From Candidatus Woesearchaeota archaeon (GTDB taxonomy: Archaea > Nanobdellota > Nanobdellia > Pacearchaeales > JAHJTO01), in NCBI GenBank assembly GCA_964540065.1, contig CAZIKY010000001.1:14798-78797 (forward strand): a stretch of 64,000 nt of DNA, given 5' to 3'. Positions 36,397 through 45,798 of the stretch are shown here, in pieces. A model generated the notes under the pieces. It did not search any database. It was not told where the DNA came from and saw nothing but the letters and a program-made list of their open reading frames with translations. A program made the translations under genes and the position numbers. How positions within the stretch are numbered: the first letter of the stretch is position 1; every line of letters begins with the position of its first letter.

Positions 36397-37338
36397 CTAC
36401 TTCTCTTTTGGAGATTTTTCTTTTTCACCGCCTTTCTTTTCCTTTCCAAGGACAAGCTCCACTTCCCCAAAAGGCGGATATCGAATATATGCAAAATCAT
36501 TATCTTCCATTATTCTTGCCCACTCTTCTGCTTTCTCCCTGGAAATGTCAAATGTTCCCGCAATCTCGCTTAGCTTCATCTTGCCGAGTTTCTGGAGTAA
36601 ACTCAGTAATCTGTCGAGGTCTGTTTCTATCTTGGCTCCAGTTTGGGGTGGAACCTGGATAAACTTTGTTATTTTTTCTGCGCTTACTCTCCTCTTCATC
36701 AGAGTCGGAGTGAGTGTAGCGATGAGCATAGCGACGATAGAAAGAACGAATGCCAGAATATTCACTTCAATGATTGAAGCGACGTTTAATGTAAGGATAA
36801 ATGGCCAGGCCATAAGGTATATGGCATATTTTCTTTCTTCTGGGGCCAAAGTTTGCCTATAGCACAAAAAGTCCAGGACCAATATAAGCATAGCAATGGC
36901 ATAAGAAAAGAAATCTTTTTTTAGCAAAGCTAAAATTGAGAGAAGCAAACTAAGAAACATAAATCCCAAGTAAACTTTGCTATATCTCTTAAGCTCCTTT
37001 TCCCTAAACTTATATGCCCTCTCAACTGGAGGAGTCATAACTTTCGGCTTTTGTTCTAAAATTCTTTTAAGTGAAATCGGGGCAGCTTTGGTTTTGGCTT
37101 TGGCCTTCTCTTCTTTCTTGCTCTTTTTGAGTTTCTTCTTGGCCCGTTTAAACTTAGATTTAATGGAATCCCTTGCAGAAACAAAATAATCCGTAAGATG
37201 GTGGGCAGGCTTTGAAACTTCCCGGGTTATCTGTGCCTTGGCTGAAGGTTTCCTGCTTTTGCCGCCAAAAAGCCTAAAAGCCTCTCTTTCAAACTTGCGC
37301 TGCTTCCTCTTTTCTTCTATTTCATCAAATATACCCAT
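36397..37338 (-). CDS. membrane protein with N-terminal basic disordered region, ~4 TM helices and a C-terminal winged-helix-like domain
   Basis: 313 aa. KKAK-rich N-terminus, TM helices (YLGFMFLSLLLSILALL, YAIAMLILVLDFL, ...), and a C-terminal ...DLDRLLSLLQKLGKMKLSEIAGTFDISREKAEEWARIMEDNDFAYI... resembling a wHTH. Sits between the pilin-like genes and the FlaI-like ATPase. Confidence 0.5.
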   Translation of the reverse strand: MGIFDEIEEKRKQRKFEREAFRLFGGKSRKPSAKAQITREVSKPAHHLTDYFVSARDSIKSKFKRAKKKLKKSKKEEKAKAKTKAAPISLKRILEQKPKVMTPPVERAYKFREKELKRYSKVYLGFMFLSLLLSILALLKKDFFSYAIAMLILVLDFLCYRQTLAPEERKYAIYLMAWPFILTLNVASIIEVNILAFVLSIVAMLIATLTPTLMKRRVSAEKITKFIQVPPQTGAKIETDLDRLLSLLQKLGKMKLSEIAGTFDISREKAEEWARIMEDNDFAYIRYPPFGEVELVLGKEKKGGEKEKSPKEK

Positions 37339-37446
37339 CGGTAAACGAAATTCTGCGAATAATTGCGCAGAAATACACCCCTTTTAAACTAAATAATCTA
37401 AAATATATAATCTCGTCGCGTTTATAAACCTTAATCAGTCCGTCGT

Positions 37447-38337
37447 CTACTCTTCAGAGATGCTTATTCCAGACACCCTTTCCGTATCAGAAATGCTTAC
37501 ATTAATTGCTCCCTTGAAAAGGTCTATTTTTACCTTCTCAGATGTAGGGCTCAAGCGGATAATTTTGGTAGTCACATCAATTTCATTGTCATTGTTCGTC
37601 CATATTTCCAGCAGATTATCCTTCAAGTCAATCATTACCTTATTCCCTCCAACAAAAAATATCTGGACCTGATGATTTCTGGAAGGATCGACATAGGATT
37701 GCTCAACAAAATTGTTTCCCAGATCATCGCTTGCGACAACTCTAAATAAAAAGCTTCCGGGCTGCCTAAAGTTAGACTGCACTTTGTCTATAGTGGTTGT
37801 CCCGCTGTCAACCGTAACTTCATAGCCGCTGGAATTCACACCTTCTTCAGATACGCTAAGAGTAACTTGCCCCGTAGCCCATGAACGGGAATATGTGAAA
37901 TTATACGGCTGGACAACAAGCGGGAGCTCCTTATCTTTAAGCAGGCTAACATCAAGTTTAACATGCTCATCCTCAGATTCAACAAAAGTTTTGAATTTGT
38001 CTATCTTCTCGCTAAATTCCTCGCCCCAGTCATTTTTGTTCCTAGAGATCTTTTCATTAAAGCTTACATTTACATATCCGTCTGGATCACGGACTATCTC
38101 TATGTTCAAGTCATAATAGAAAAGGATGATCTTTTTTATGCTTAATTCAACAGAGTTTGAAAGGTCATAGACTCTACTTGCTAAAGTATTCTCTCCGGTG
38201 CTTACTCCCGTTTCCACAAATAGGGCTAGAATCAAAAGAGAAATTAAAAAGTAAGCGCTTAAGGTAAAAAAGAATCCCTTCTTTCCAGCCAATATTCTTT
38301 TCCCCTTCATTCTTTTCCATACCCTCATTTTTTCCAT
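37447..38337 (-). CDS. pilin-like protein with class III signal peptide (large C-terminal domain)
   Basis: N-terminus ...GKKG|FFFTLSAYFLISLLILALFV: basic residues, Gly, then a hydrophobic helix, typical of archaeal prepilin-peptidase substrates. Confidence 0.6.
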   Translation of the reverse strand: MEKMRVWKRMKGKRILAGKKGFFFTLSAYFLISLLILALFVETGVSTGENTLASRVYDLSNSVELSIKKIILFYYDLNIEIVRDPDGYVNVSFNEKISRNKNDWGEEFSEKIDKFKTFVESEDEHVKLDVSLLKDKELPLVVQPYNFTYSRSWATGQVTLSVSEEGVNSSGYEVTVDSGTTTIDKVQSNFRQPGSFLFRVVASDDLGNNFVEQSYVDPSRNHQVQIFFVGGNKVMIDLKDNLLEIWTNNDNEIDVTTKIIRLSPTSEKVKIDLFKGAINVSISDTERVSGISISEE

Positions 38338-38780
38338 GTCCAGTAAGTAATAACGCCGAAGGCTACAATTTCTTCCTCGCTTTCAGCAACAAAAAACCTT
38401 TTCCCTGTCCCGACAAAATCGTTACTGCTGGCATTCCCTCCAAATGCCAAACTGACTTTTTGCTCAAGATTTACATCTGAGTAGGTAAGATTAAATCGCA
38501 TGTTATCAGAAGTCAAAGTATCCAAAACTTCTTCAACATCTTCTGGAATCTCATCTAGGCCATCCAAATCAATCCCTGTAATCACGCCGTTATTTTCCAA
38601 GGCCCTTACAACATCACTCCCCTGCCGAGTAAGATATGTTTTCACAATCTGGTTATCAGCTTTTGAATAATGCAGGAAAAGAGAAGCAAAAAGTAGAAGT
38701 AAAAGGACAACAGCAAATAAAGCGTCTAGGCTAAAGATAAAACCTTTCTTTCCCGTCCTGTGAATTTTGAAAAATTTCAT
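38325..38780 (-). CDS. pilin-like protein with class III signal peptide
   Basis: ...TGKKG|FIFSLDALFAVVLLLLLFASLFL. Confidence 0.6.
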   Translation of the reverse strand: MKFFKIHRTGKKGFIFSLDALFAVVLLLLLFASLFLHYSKADNQIVKTYLTRQGSDVVRALENNGVITGIDLDGLDEIPEDVEEVLDTLTSDNMRFNLTYSDVNLEQKVSLAFGGNASSNDFVGTGKRFFVAESEEEIVAFGVITYWTWKK

Positions 38781-38781
38781 T

Positions 38782-39279
38782 TTATCTCCATAAAGTGAAT
38801 CTTAGCTTTGAATTTGAGCCATTGAAAAATACTATCCTCTCAATAGTGGCTGCCCTCGCTCCAGAAGGAACGCTCCCGCAGGTGACAGCTCCGCTCAAGT
38901 TAAAATAAAAGGGATAGTCTATATTCAGCAAACGGGAGATGTCACTTTCAGGAATGGAACAGAACTCTTGAGCCTTCTCAAAAGAGATGATCCGGTCTTC
39001 AGAAGCAAGCCCAAAAGCAATAACATTGCTGCTATCCCAATTTGAAGGCTTCCCGGGAGTTTTAATTAAGATCTCGCTTATTTCCAAAGCTTGTAGCGCC
39101 ATTTCATTGTACTCCGAATTTTGAAAGAAATTGGCATTATTGGAGTTTATTACAGAGAAAAGAGTCACAAGTAGAAAGGCAAAAATAGACAACGCAATTA
39201 AAAGATCTAGCGAAACGATCTGCCCTTTTGCACCCATAAAACTCTTGCCCCAATCATCTTCTTCTCGCATTCTTCCCAT
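38782..39279 (-). CDS. pilin-like protein with class III signal peptide
   Basis: ...GAKGQ|IVSLDLLIALSIFAFLLVTLF. Confidence 0.6.
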   Translation of the reverse strand: MGRMREEDDWGKSFMGAKGQIVSLDLLIALSIFAFLLVTLFSVINSNNANFFQNSEYNEMALQALEISEILIKTPGKPSNWDSSNVIAFGLASEDRIISFEKAQEFCSIPESDISRLLNIDYPFYFNLSGAVTCGSVPSGARAATIERIVFFNGSNSKLRFTLWR

Positions 39280-39281
39280 CT

Positions 39282-39644
39282 TCAGACAATTGACACTTGA
39301 CCTCCAAGATTTTTTATGACTATGTTGCCTTTAAGACCGGAGACAGAAATATTTGTAAAAATACTACAGCTAACATCCTCCATTTTCATAAGCCCATTAC
39401 TTGCCGTTAAATTGTAATTGCTAAAAGTCCTAGCAGAAGTTCCATCTCCAGACAGATAAACATCAGAAATCAAGGCAGAAATGCGAACACATTCAGTTTT
39501 CTTTTCAAAGTAATCCTTTTCTTCGGCCACTCCGGCCTGCCTCTGAAGATAAAATAAGAGATATACGAGGAGTAATAAAACTAAAAAGCTGACTGCGATC
39601 AAAAATTCGTAGCTAATCTGTGATTTGGATGACATTGTTTTCAT
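39282..39644 (-). CDS. pilin-like protein with class III signal peptide
   Basis: ...SSKSQ|ISYEFLIAVSFLVLLLLVYLLFY. Confidence 0.6.
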   Translation of the reverse strand: MKTMSSKSQISYEFLIAVSFLVLLLLVYLLFYLQRQAGVAEEKDYFEKKTECVRISALISDVYLSGDGTSARTFSNYNLTASNGLMKMEDVSCSIFTNISVSGLKGNIVIKNLGGQVSIV

Positions 39645-40026
39645 TTTTTATCAGGATATTGGAAGTTCCTTGAGAAATGCTTATGCTCCCATTTATTGTT
39701 GCTTTAGTGACTGCAACAAAATCTGAAACTGAGCCGAAAATTCTCATCTTCATGGCAACTTCTTTTCCCTGCAGAGTTATGCTCTCAACACCTCCCGGGA
39801 TAACAATCGAAAGAGTATCCTGTGATCCCGGTCCAAGAAAATAAACAAAATCGGCAGTTTCTGCTATCCTGTTTATCATATCATTTGCTTGGTTAAGCCG
39901 AAGATTGTTATTTAGGTTAGTAAGTGAATAATAAAAAACAGGTAGTAAGGCCACTAGAACAAAGCCCATTATAATTAAATATTCTGCAGAGATCTGCCCC
40001 TTTTTATTAAAATCATTACGAACCAT
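39613..40026 (-). CDS. pilin-like protein with class III signal peptide
   Basis: ...NKKGQ|ISAEYLIIMGFVLVALLPVFYY (QxSxEYLI pattern). Confidence 0.65.
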   Translation of the reverse strand: MVRNDFNKKGQISAEYLIIMGFVLVALLPVFYYSLTNLNNNLRLNQANDMINRIAETADFVYFLGPGSQDTLSIVIPGGVESITLQGKEVAMKMRIFGSVSDFVAVTKATINGSISISQGTSNILIKNENNVIQITD

Positions 40027-40140
40027 TTAACAACCCCTTTTATAGAGGATAAGAAGTAAGATTTATATACTTAATCTCGCACACTAATATAGATTGTTTA
40101 TATTCATAGATAATCAAACTTTTTAAAAGGAGGGTTAAAA

Positions 40141-40587
40141 ATGACAAAAAGAGGACAGGCAGCCTTGGAGTTTTTGATGACTTACGGCTGGGCAATTTTA
40201 GTAGTTCTGGTCGCTATAGGGGCATTAGCTTACTTCGGCGTACTTAAACCAACTACCTTTTTGCCGGAAAAATGCGTAATCGCTGCAGGAAGCGGTTTGT
40301 TCTGCGATGACTATAGTGCATCTGGAACAGATCTTACCTTAAGGGTTAAAAATATCCTACCCGACGCAGTTAACGTCACAAGTATAGCTGTGACCGCAAC
40401 TGGAGAGACATGTACTACATGGACTGGGGGAACTTCTATAAACACGGATGAAACTGCAGACTTTACAGTTACCTGTGGAACTCTAGCAAGCGGGGATAAG
40501 TTGACCGGAGATCTAGCTATTGGTTATTCAAGAGCTGGAGGCTTAGCAAGAACCACTACAGGACAGATAGTCACAACATCTGCCTAA
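40141..40587 (+). CDS. type IV pilin-like protein (class III signal peptide), probable major pilin, divergent from the minor-pilin operon
   Basis: MTKRGQ|AALEFLMTYGWAILVVLVAIGALAYFG: canonical archaeal pilin/archaellin-type N-terminus. GGAGG 7 nt upstream of the ATG; T-rich tract downstream. Confidence 0.75.
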   Translation: MTKRGQAALEFLMTYGWAILVVLVAIGALAYFGVLKPTTFLPEKCVIAAGSGLFCDDYSASGTDLTLRVKNILPDAVNVTSIAVTATGETCTTWTGGTSINTDETADFTVTCGTLASGDKLTGDLAIGYSRAGGLARTTTGQIVTTSA

Positions 40588-40593
40588 TAAAAA

Positions 40594-40650
40594 GTTTGTT
40601 TTATTTTTTTATTTTTAGTCTTTTTCTATTTCTTTTCTTTTTAAGAATTA
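40594..40650 (+). terminator. oligo-T-rich putative archaeal terminator after the pilin gene
   Basis: ttttatttttttatttttagtctttttctatttcttttcttttt directly after the stop at 40587. Confidence 0.4.
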
Positions 40651-40673
40651 GACGTAAGTCTCAAAGAATTAGA

Positions 40674-41714
40674 TCAGGCCTCTACGGCCTCAGAAGAATA
40701 AGCTTCTCCCATAGGCCTCAAAGACCCATACCCATTTGAAATGAATCCATGGTCTTTATCTTTAGGCGGGCCATTTCTATTGTTTGTCGCAACGGTCATG
40801 TTTGCTTTATTTGAGAGCAAGTCGGCAAGGTTTTGATAAAGCCCTTTCCTGCGCGCAGCATTTTTCCTCCACTCGTGATCTGCCCCAAGCATTTTTATGC
40901 TGTTTGCAATGGCTTTGTAAGGCTCATTTAAACGCGACTGCATATACTTAAAAGGATATCCATTTGCAGCCGCCTCCTTCAAAAAATACAACTTCTTGGC
41001 AAACCCCATATGCTCTGCTCTTTTCTTCAATAAATCCTTGCGCTTTTGCTTTTCAGCAGATCTTTTGTTGAATTCTATCCTATTCCTCAAGTCAATAACA
41101 CTTTTGAAATCTTCATTGCACTTCACTACCCTGTCAAAAATATTCTTAAGATTGCCGACAGAGTATTTGCCCCGAGGATCAATCTCTTCGAAATCTATCC
41201 CTTCTCCAAAGCGTTCAAGAATATCAGTTAATTCTTCGGCAGTATACCTGCTTAAGTGAAAAGAAAGATAGCGGTCGGCAATTTTCTTGTAATACTCTCT
41301 TGGAAAGCCCTTGAAAGAAAGATCATTTATATCTAAAACCGGAAGGGAAAAAGCGCTTTCCCTTCTGTACAAAACTCCGCTGCTTCTTGAAGCCAAATGA
41401 TGCTTCGGAAAATATCTTACTTTGGGCTCTTTTTCAGGAGAAAAAGCTTTCAAAACTTCTCCGCGCTTCTCGCGTTCAGACCATCTTGCCTCAAATTGAA
41501 TATACCACGCCCTATCAGACATCATCATTCTCTCTTCCTTCTGCCTGATCCTAAATTGTTTATTATTTTCGCGCCATCTTTTTTGGAGGCCTTCTCTTTT
41601 GAGGAGAGATTTAATTTTAGAAGAAGAAAGCCTTAATTTTTCACTGGCTTTCTCCAAAGGAGTGCCGTAATAAGCTACTTCAAGAACCGCGATATCTAAA
41701 TCTTTCTTCTTCAT
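40674..41714 (-). CDS. hypothetical protein with an N-terminal HTH-like segment
   Basis: 346 aa. N-terminus LDIAVLEVAYYGTPLEKASEKLRLSSSKIKSLLKREG resembles a sigma-70 region-4 / LuxR-type HTH. Remainder uncharacterised. Confidence 0.45.
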   Translation of the reverse strand: MKKKDLDIAVLEVAYYGTPLEKASEKLRLSSSKIKSLLKREGLQKRWRENNKQFRIRQKEERMMMSDRAWYIQFEARWSEREKRGEVLKAFSPEKEPKVRYFPKHHLASRSSGVLYRRESAFSLPVLDINDLSFKGFPREYYKKIADRYLSFHLSRYTAEELTDILERFGEGIDFEEIDPRGKYSVGNLKNIFDRVVKCNEDFKSVIDLRNRIEFNKRSAEKQKRKDLLKKRAEHMGFAKKLYFLKEAAANGYPFKYMQSRLNEPYKAIANSIKMLGADHEWRKNAARRKGLYQNLADLLSNKANMTVATNNRNGPPKDKDHGFISNGYGSLRPMGEAYSSEAVEA

Positions 41715-41826
41715 CTTTATTATTCCGTTTTCAATTCACAGCAAAAACGGCGAACCTTTAAAAAGGTAACTGAGAAATCATCAAACATCCCACAATATTT
41801 ATAAGACTCGGAAGACTGCGTCAATA

Positions 41827-43287
41827 ATGGTCAAAGAAGCTAAACAAAAAGAGGAGAAGAAAGGAATTACTGTAAAAAAGGAGGAGAACTTTTCCGAATG
41901 GTATCAGGATCTTATCCTTAAATCTGAGCTTGCAGATTATTCGAGCGTCTCCGGATGCATTGTCTTCAGGCCAAGATCTTACGCTGTTTGGGAGAAAGTC
42001 CAAAAAGTAATTGATGCAGAATTCAAAAAGATAGGAATCCAGAACACATACTTCCCATTATTTATCCCAGAATCTTTGCTTTCAAGAGAGCAGGAGCATG
42101 TTAAGGGATTCGTTCCAGAAGTGGCATGGGTAACCCATGCCGGAGAAACCAAGCTTAATGAAAGGCTTGCAGTCCGGCCAACGTCAGAAGCAATTATGTA
42201 CGAATCTTACTCAAAATGGGTAAGGAGTTGGAAAGATCTTCCGCTTAAATTAAACCAATGGAATTCAGTGGTGCGCTGGGAGTTCAAGCATGCAGTCCCA
42301 TTCTTAAGAACAAGAGAATTTTTGTGGAATGAGGGCCACAATGTTTATTCTAATGAGCAAGACTTGGAAAAAGATAGAAAAGATATCCTGAAAATCTACG
42401 CTGATTTCCTCAAAGATTACATGGCCTTGCCATCACTGGTCGGGAAGAAGACTGACAGGGAAAAGTTCGCAGGAGCTAAAGCGACATACTCTATAGAATT
42501 AATTCTTCCAAATGGAAAGGCGATACAAGGCCCGGATTTCCATGATGACGGGCAAAACTTTGCTAAGGCCTACAACATAAAATTTCTAAACAAAGACAGC
42601 AAAGAAGAGTATGCATATCAAGCAACATATGCTATAACTACAAGAATGCTTGGAGTAATGTTTGCGATACATTCGGATGATAAAGGACTTGTTCTCCCGC
42701 CGAAACTAGCAGATAACCAAGTAGTAATCATTCCCATCCTTTTCGATGAAAGTAAAAAAGCAGTTCTAAAAAAAGCTGGGGAAATAAGAAAAACACTCTC
42801 CGATCTTAATCCGCATCTCGATGACAGAGAAGGCTACAGCCCTGGTTGGAAATACAGTGAATGGGAGCTTAAAGGAGTTCCATTAAGAATAGAGCTTGGG
42901 CCAAAAGACCTAGAGAAGAATCAAGTAATGATTGCAAGAAGAGATAATGGGGAGAAGATTGCAGTCAAGATAAAAGATTTGTCAAAGAAAGTGCCTCAAA
43001 TGCTTGAAGACATGCAGAAAAATCTGTACAAAAAAGCTGAGAAATTAATAGAAGAGGGCCTTGTAGAAATAAAAACCATGCCTGAGCTGCAAAAGGCTGT
43101 ACAAAATAAAAAGATCGCTCTTGCTCCGTTTTGTGGAGATCCCGAATGCGAAGAGAAAGTCAGAGAAAAGAATGAAGGAGTCAAATCTCTGAATAGCCCT
43201 CTAAATCAGAAGCCTTTGAAAGGAAAGAAATGTTTCTCATGCGGGAAAACCGCGGAATTTATGGTTTATTTCGGAAAAAGCTACTGA
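41827..43287 (+). CDS. proS: prolyl-tRNA synthetase, archaeal/eukaryotic type
   Basis: 486 aa. Class II aaRS motifs (...FRPRSYAVWE..., ...WNSVVRWEFK...PFLRTREFLWNEGH...). C-terminal Zn-binding extension with ...CGDPECEEK...CFSCGK... and terminal ...YFGKSY, typical of archaeal ProRS. Confidence 0.9.
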   Translation: MVKEAKQKEEKKGITVKKEENFSEWYQDLILKSELADYSSVSGCIVFRPRSYAVWEKVQKVIDAEFKKIGIQNTYFPLFIPESLLSREQEHVKGFVPEVAWVTHAGETKLNERLAVRPTSEAIMYESYSKWVRSWKDLPLKLNQWNSVVRWEFKHAVPFLRTREFLWNEGHNVYSNEQDLEKDRKDILKIYADFLKDYMALPSLVGKKTDREKFAGAKATYSIELILPNGKAIQGPDFHDDGQNFAKAYNIKFLNKDSKEEYAYQATYAITTRMLGVMFAIHSDDKGLVLPPKLADNQVVIIPILFDESKKAVLKKAGEIRKTLSDLNPHLDDREGYSPGWKYSEWELKGVPLRIELGPKDLEKNQVMIARRDNGEKIAVKIKDLSKKVPQMLEDMQKNLYKKAEKLIEEGLVEIKTMPELQKAVQNKKIALAPFCGDPECEEKVREKNEGVKSLNSPLNQKPLKGKKCFSCGKTAEFMVYFGKSY

Positions 43288-43295
43288 TAATTTTC

Positions 43296-44618
43296 TTACT
43301 TAGGCTTTAAATGGCCCCATTTTTCAAGAGCCTGTTTTAATTCAACATTAGAACCTGATTTAGAATATTCTTCTAGGCTGATTTTTTTCATATGAGCTTC
43401 AATTGCCTGCATTGCAGCTTTGGCCCCAGCCCTTGTACCCTTAGGATGTCCATGAATTCCTCCTGAAACAAGCAGCCCTATATTCGTTCCGAGCGCATCC
43501 AAAATATCCGGGATTATTCCAGGATGAACCCCTCCCGAAGAAACAGGAAGCGTAGGTTTTATGTGTCCCCAGTTTTGTTCAAGATAATGACGCTCTTTTC
43601 CGATCGTTTTTTCTTCTCTCAACACTTTAGAAGTTATCTCTCTCTCAATATCCGTAACTTCATGCTTGCCTCCAACAAGTTTCCCGACAACAGTCCCGAC
43701 ATGGATTTGGTCAACCCCAATAAGCCTCATAAGTTTAGCCAAGAAAAGCATGGTTATCCCATGCTTTGGATTCCTGTCAAAAGAAGCATGCATTGCCCTA
43801 TGTGCATGAATTGCTAAACCATAATCATCACAGACCTCCCTAAGAGTTTGAACCGAAGCAGCTCCGGCAGTTACAACATCAATCATGCAATATTCCCATC
43901 CTAAATCGCGAAGGAATTTTGCTCTTTTCTTCATCAGCTCAGTCTCCCCAGTTATATTCCATAAAGCAGACTTTCTCTCTCCAGTAAGTTTCTCAGCTTT
44001 ATCCCTCAACCTTGTGGCAAGAACCACTCTTTTCTCAAAATTGTTGAAAGAAGTTGAAGTCAAATTCTCATCATCTTTCAAAAGATCAAAACCTCCCATC
44101 CAGGTTTCAAAACCAATGTTGGCCTGCTCTTCCGCGCTCCAGCCGATCTTAGGCTTGGGAACAGATCCAGTAATCGGCCTTTTATTTACTTTAAGCATTT
44201 TTCTTAGTCCGCTGATGCCGTACTGCGGCCCCTTAAAACTTTTAACATAACTTTTAGGGAAAGAAGCATCAACCAACCTCAGATTTTCTATAGCTTTCAT
44301 TCCAAAAATGTTTCCTGCAATTCCGCTAAGAAGCTGCGGGGCATTACCTTTCTCCCATAATTCAATCGGATAAGAGATCTTGACAAAATTTCCATCTATT
44401 TCATAAGCAGTGGCCATGACCTTCTTTATTCTTGCAGGAAGTTTGGCAAGAGTTGTCCAAGTCCCGGCGGAACTTTCAGAAGCGATTCTTCCAGCAGCTT
44501 CTTTTATTGAAATGCCTTTTGCAGGCTCAAAGTAGAAAAGAACATTTATGTCTTCTTTAGAGGGTTTATATTTAAGGTTTACAAAATCAGTATACCACTC
44601 AAGTTTAGGGTTATCCAT
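43296..44618 (-). CDS. rbcL: ribulose-1,5-bisphosphate carboxylase large-subunit homolog, form III (archaeal type)
   Basis: 440 aa. N-terminus MDNPKLEWYTDFVNLKYKPSKEDINVLFYFEP...; GGFDLLKDDENL (GGxDxxKDDE active-site motif); IHAHRAMHA; C-terminal ...GGVHPG... loop-6-like region. Confidence 0.9.
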   Translation of the reverse strand: MDNPKLEWYTDFVNLKYKPSKEDINVLFYFEPAKGISIKEAAGRIASESSAGTWTTLAKLPARIKKVMATAYEIDGNFVKISYPIELWEKGNAPQLLSGIAGNIFGMKAIENLRLVDASFPKSYVKSFKGPQYGISGLRKMLKVNKRPITGSVPKPKIGWSAEEQANIGFETWMGGFDLLKDDENLTSTSFNNFEKRVVLATRLRDKAEKLTGERKSALWNITGETELMKKRAKFLRDLGWEYCMIDVVTAGAASVQTLREVCDDYGLAIHAHRAMHASFDRNPKHGITMLFLAKLMRLIGVDQIHVGTVVGKLVGGKHEVTDIEREITSKVLREEKTIGKERHYLEQNWGHIKPTLPVSSGGVHPGIIPDILDALGTNIGLLVSGGIHGHPKGTRAGAKAAMQAIEAHMKKISLEEYSKSGSNVELKQALEKWGHLKPK

Positions 44619-44689
44619 CTTCCTCTTTTCCTGTCAAACCAACATCAAACAGATATAAAAGCTTATCGAATTTAGATTGCTGATTAATA

Positions 44690-45715
44690 TCAAGCATAAC
44701 TTTCAACAATTTCCCTGAATCTCTCAAGGTCTTGCTCTCTTATTGAAGCTCCGCATGCTTGCGGATGTCCTCCCCCATTCCCGTGGATCTCTTCAAGAGC
44801 TTTGGCAACTATAACCCTAAGATCTTTGCCTTCCGGACCGCTCATAGAGATATTAACCCTATCCCCTTTCACAAAGGCTACAACAACGATTTTCTTCTGC
44901 CCATTAAGATAAAAAAGTTCATTGCATATTCCTCTAGAAAGAGCCATTGCCCCAGAATATTTGAAGAAAACGATCTTGCCATAAGCCTGAGAGGTTGCTT
45001 TCTTAAGAATTTTTTGGTGGAATTTGTTAAGCTTATCGTATCTTCTCCTTATGGGCTCAAATTTCTTGTCAAGAAGAATTTCGTAAGGGCTTTTAACATC
45101 AAAAAGCAGATAGAGCATCTTCATTACATTGGTGGTAGTATCCTTCATTCCATGCCCAAGGATAAAAACTAATTTTCCAAGATCGCTGTTAAATGTTATC
45201 TCTGCAGGATCTTTAGTTTTTGGCACAATATCTGGATATTCTTTTGCAACTTTATCAAAAAATTCAGGCACATGCCAATCGGCGATACAACCGATTAAGG
45301 CCAGCCAGTCATCTTTCTGCGTAGCTTTCCAGCAAATGTAAGAGGTAGGCCTACTCAGAGAATCTATTCCTTTCAAAGGATTATAGTAAAAAACATTCTC
45401 GGGATTCTGCGGAGGATGATGGTCTATCCAAATGACTGGAAGATTATGCTGTCTTGCATATTCAAGAAAACCTTTTGAGACTAAAGGTTTATCCAAAATA
45501 AAGATTTTATCAGGATTCAGCTCTTCTATCCTGCGTATATAGCCCTCATCAAGCTCTGGAAAAGATTTTATCGGCACTCCTTTGCCCCTTCCGATAAATC
45601 TTCTAAGAACCAGGAAACTGATAAGCCCATCAACATCGTTATCAAAAAAGAAAAGCGGATTTTGGCTGGACTCCAGGTGTTCTTTTATTTCAGAAAATTG
45701 TTCTTCATTCAACAT
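44690..45715 (-). CDS. DHH/DHHA1-family phosphoesterase (NrnA-like nanoRNase / pAp phosphatase)
   Basis: DHH motif in ...PVIWIDHHPPQNP...; DHHA1 motif ...HGNGGGHPQACGASI... near the C-terminus. 341 aa fits NrnA-like proteins and is too short for archaeal GAN/RecJ. Confidence 0.7.
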   Translation of the reverse strand: MLNEEQFSEIKEHLESSQNPLFFFDNDVDGLISFLVLRRFIGRGKGVPIKSFPELDEGYIRRIEELNPDKIFILDKPLVSKGFLEYARQHNLPVIWIDHHPPQNPENVFYYNPLKGIDSLSRPTSYICWKATQKDDWLALIGCIADWHVPEFFDKVAKEYPDIVPKTKDPAEITFNSDLGKLVFILGHGMKDTTTNVMKMLYLLFDVKSPYEILLDKKFEPIRRRYDKLNKFHQKILKKATSQAYGKIVFFKYSGAMALSRGICNELFYLNGQKKIVVVAFVKGDRVNISMSGPEGKDLRVIVAKALEEIHGNGGGHPQACGASIREQDLERFREIVESYA

Positions 45716-45798
45716 TTTACAATAACAATCAACGGCCTTAAAAAACGGCAGGACTTTTTATATTATGCTAAAATCTAGAAACTAGAAGAACTAGAACC

